Shown: piece after piece, positions 34,881 to 37,184 of the stretch
Layout: every line of letters starts with the position of its first letter
Position numbering within the stretch: the stretch's first letter is position 1
From: Rhodospirillaceae bacterium
Lineage (GTDB): Bacteria > Pseudomonadota > Alphaproteobacteria > Rhodospirillales > 2-02-FULL-58-16
Direction: 5' to 3'
DNA: 37,184 bases
Assembly (NCBI GenBank): GCA_013349695.1
Contig: DUZD01000002.1
Location: 1-37,184, forward strand
The notes under the pieces: model-generated
What the model was told of the DNA's origin: nothing
Database searches by the model: none
The model's input: only the letters and a program-made list of their open reading frames with translations
Made by a program: the position numbers and the translations under genes

Positions 34881-35906
34881 ATGACCGTCGAGGCGAATGG
34901 AAGCGAAAAACCGTTGGCCCTGACCATGGGCGAACCCGCCGGCGTCGGCGCGGAAATCGCCCTCAAGGCCTGGCAAGGCCGGAATGGCGGCACGCCCTTG
35001 TTCTTTCTCCTCGATGATCCGCCCAGGCTCAGACGTCTGGCCGAACATCTCGGCCTCGACATCTCCATCCGCGATATTGACTCGCCCGCCGAGGCGGCGG
35101 CGGTATTTTTTTCATGCCTGCCGGTTTTGCCCCGTCCCTTGGCCGCCGATCCGGTTCCGGGGCAACCGGATCCCGCCAATGCAAACGCCGTTCGCGGCGC
35201 CATCGAGGCCGCCGTCCGGCTTGTTCAATCGGGAGAGGCCGGCGCCGTTGTCACCAACCCCATTGACAAGCGGTGTCTCCACGCGGCCGGTTTTCCCTTT
35301 CCCGGCCATACCGAGTTCCTGGCCGCCCTCTCCGGAACCAACAGCCGGCCAGCGATGATGCTGGCTAACCCGGAGCTGCGGGTGGTCCCGGTCACCGTGC
35401 ATTTGAGCCTGGACCAAGCTGTCAAGGCGCTAACCCCTCGGGATATCGTGGAAACGGCGACGGTCGCGGAAGCGTCGTTGAAACGGGATTTCGGCATCCC
35501 CGAGCCGCGGCTGGCGGTGGCCGGGCTTAACCCTCACGCCGGCGAAGGCGGCATCATGGGCGCCGAGGAAGGATCGATCATCGAGCCCGCCGTCGCCCTG
35601 CTGCGGCAACGGGGCATCGATGTTTTCGGCCCGGTATCCCCCGACACCCTCTTTACGGCTCTAGCGCGCCAACGATACGACGCCGCCATCTGCATGTATC
35701 ACGATCAGGCCCTGATCCCGGTCAAGGCTATCGGCTTCGAAGAGACCGTCAATGTTACCCTGGGCTTGCCGTTCGTACGCACCTCGCCCGGCCACGGCAC
35801 CGCTCTCGACATCGCCGGCACGGGCCAAGCCAGCGCCGCAAGTCTGGCCGCCGCCTTGAGCATGGCGGCGGCGATGGCGCGGCGCCGCGATGCCGGCAAT
35901 CCCTGA
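34881..35906 (+). CDS. pdxA: 4-hydroxythreonine-4-phosphate dehydrogenase
   Basis: ATG 34881 (MTVEANGSEKPLALTMGEPAGVGAEI), GHTEFLA and HGTALDIAG motifs. The earlier part of the track ORF overlaps the surA 3' end. Confidence 0.9.
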   Translation: MTVEANGSEKPLALTMGEPAGVGAEIALKAWQGRNGGTPLFFLLDDPPRLRRLAEHLGLDISIRDIDSPAEAAAVFFSCLPVLPRPLAADPVPGQPDPANANAVRGAIEAAVRLVQSGEAGAVVTNPIDKRCLHAAGFPFPGHTEFLAALSGTNSRPAMMLANPELRVVPVTVHLSLDQAVKALTPRDIVETATVAEASLKRDFGIPEPRLAVAGLNPHAGEGGIMGAEEGSIIEPAVALLRQRGIDVFGPVSPDTLFTALARQRYDAAICMYHDQALIPVKAIGFEETVNVTLGLPFVRTSPGHGTALDIAGTGQASAASLAAALSMAAAMARRRDAGNP

Positions 35907-36176
35907 GAGCCCGTCCGGGGAGTTATTGATGTTTCTCAATGCCTTGTGTTTTTGTTCCGGTAGGAGGCGGGGGCGCCGTGATGCCGGCGCATCACAAGCG
36001 CCCGCCGACGCCCCGGAGCGGAAACACAAGGCACCCAAAGGGCGGGCTGGAAGGGCGCCCCTGCCGCGTCCTGGAGCCTCGACGATGCTCCGGCATCGCC
36101 TTCGGCCCCACTCCTTGCATTGGCGCCCTTCCAGCCCGTTGAGAAATATCAATAACTCCCCGGTCGGGCTCTGAGG
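35902..36176. repeat. 275-bp nested-palindrome intergenic element (element C), same architecture as element B
   Basis: 38-bp terminal inverted repeats (35902-35939 / 36139-36176: 35 Watson-Crick pairs, 1 G.T, 2 mismatches) enclose two hairpin units. These are 35940-36033 (94 nt) and 36043-36138 (96 nt), separated by a 9-nt spacer. The left repeat contains the pdxA stop codon. Confidence 0.9.
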
Positions 36177-36183
36177 CCGGACC

Positions 36184-37023
36184 TTGTCCGCGCCTGTCTC
36201 TCTGCCTCCCCTGCGCAATGTCATCAAGCGCTTTCGCCTCGGTGCGCGGCGCTCCTTGGGGCAGCATTTTCTCCTCGACCTCAATCTTTGCGCACGGATC
36301 GCCCGCGCCGCCGGCGACATTTTCGGAAGCACCGTCATCGAGGTCGGCCCCGGCCCCGGCGGCTTGACGCGGGCTCTGCTGGACGCCGGCGCCGCCAAGG
36401 TGGTCGCGCTGGAACGGGACGAACGTTGCGTCGCCGCCCTTGCGGAGCTTGCCGCCGCCTATCCGCGACGCCTGGAAATCGTGGAAGGAGACGCCTTGGA
36501 GACCGATCTGGCCGGCCTTGCCCGCCCGCCGCGGCGCATCGTCGCCAATCTGCCCTATAACATCGCCACGCCTTTGCTGATCGGCTGGCTTCGGCATATC
36601 GGCGATTTCGAAAGATTGACGCTGATGTTCCAGAAAGAAGTCGCCGCCCGCCTCGCCGCCCGTCCCGGGACCGGGGAATACGGGCGGCTTTCCGTCATCA
36701 CCCAGTGGTTGTGCGAGGTTCGCCGCGAATTCAACGTCGGCGGCCGCGCTTTCACCCCGCCGCCCAAGGTCGCATCGACCGTGGTCACCCTGAACCCGCG
36801 TCCAAAACCACTGGCCCCGGCCGCCTGGGACGCCTTGGAAACGGTGACCGCCGCCGCCTTCGGCCAGCGCCGCAAGATGCTGAGGTCGAGCCTGAAACCG
36901 CTATGCTTGGAGCCGCGAGAACTGGGCATTGATCCGACCAAACGGGCCGGGGAATTGACCGTCGAGGAATTTTGCGCCCTGGCCCGGCGGCATAAACAAG
37001 GGCTCTCGTCGCGTTCTCTTTGA
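36184..37023 (+). CDS. rsmA: 16S rRNA (adenine1518/1519-N6)-dimethyltransferase
   Basis: LGQHFLLD, VIEVGPGPGGLTRALL, NLPYNIATPLL. TTG start 8 nt after element C. Confidence 0.9.
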   Translation: MSAPVSLPPLRNVIKRFRLGARRSLGQHFLLDLNLCARIARAAGDIFGSTVIEVGPGPGGLTRALLDAGAAKVVALERDERCVAALAELAAAYPRRLEIVEGDALETDLAGLARPPRRIVANLPYNIATPLLIGWLRHIGDFERLTLMFQKEVAARLAARPGTGEYGRLSVITQWLCEVRREFNVGGRAFTPPPKVASTVVTLNPRPKPLAPAAWDALETVTAAAFGQRRKMLRSSLKPLCLEPRELGIDPTKRAGELTVEEFCALARRHKQGLSSRSL

Positions 37024-37123
37024 CGCGCTCAAGGGCGCCGCATTCGGTGACGCAGGAAATTCGGTGTGGCCTGCCCCCATTAAGTGGTCCAGCGTCTATG
37101 AGAGAGTTCGGCGCGGTTTCATG

Positions 37124-37168
37124 CCCTGCTGTGCAGGCTGGAGCGTAGCGTAAGCCTGGACAGCAGGG
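37124..37168. repeat. 16-bp imperfect hairpin downstream of rsmA
   Basis: CCCTGCTGTGCAGGCT / AGCCTGGACAGCAGGG (one mismatch) with a 13-nt loop. No T-run follows. It may be a terminator or another palindromic repeat. Confidence 0.3.
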
Positions 37169-37184
37169 CGGGGCAAGATGGTTT

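Overview
High-GC (about 60-65% by eye) chromosomal window, by gene content and order most likely from an alphaproteobacterium (Rhodospirillales-like; inference). I found no rRNA, tRNA or CRISPR array. The left ~9.6 kb looks accessory. It holds a decayed IS630-type transposase remnant, a HAD phosphatase and a three-gene heme-copper-oxidase-like operon on the minus strand (CuA subunit II, subunit I, small membrane protein). It also holds a secreted tandem rhodanese, a TPR + sulfotransferase pair split by one in-frame TAG, a small membrane protein behind a G10 tract, and a lower-GC two-gene amino-sugar cassette (DegT aminotransferase + hexapeptide acyltransferase). The rest is mostly core: hda, AI-2E transporter, CDP-alcohol phosphatidyltransferase and DUF2066, divergent from purM-purN; then ndk, a pfkB kinase, holC-pepA, and lptF-lptG-lptD-surA-pdxA-rsmA. 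About 10 kb sits between pepA and lptF: a UPF0104 membrane protein, an AmmeMemoRadiSam system with a fused Memo-AMMECR1 protein, cysQ, tsaC/sua5, an FAD-linked oxidase and a long acyl-CoA dehydrogenase. Two signals are the most interesting. (1) The subunit I homologue aligns without gaps to B-family (ba3-type) oxidases, but Tyr replaces one CuB histidine and the proximal histidine of the high-spin heme, in an otherwise intact operon. (2) Two intergenic elements (263 bp and 275 bp) share an identical nested-palindrome architecture and a short conserved GTAGGAG...GCGATGC-loop-GCATCGC core, but almost no other sequence. A third, unrelated AT-rich 32-bp perfect inverted repeat is also present. All three abut or overlap stop codons of flanking genes. 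All functional calls come from motif recognition by eye; no database search was run.
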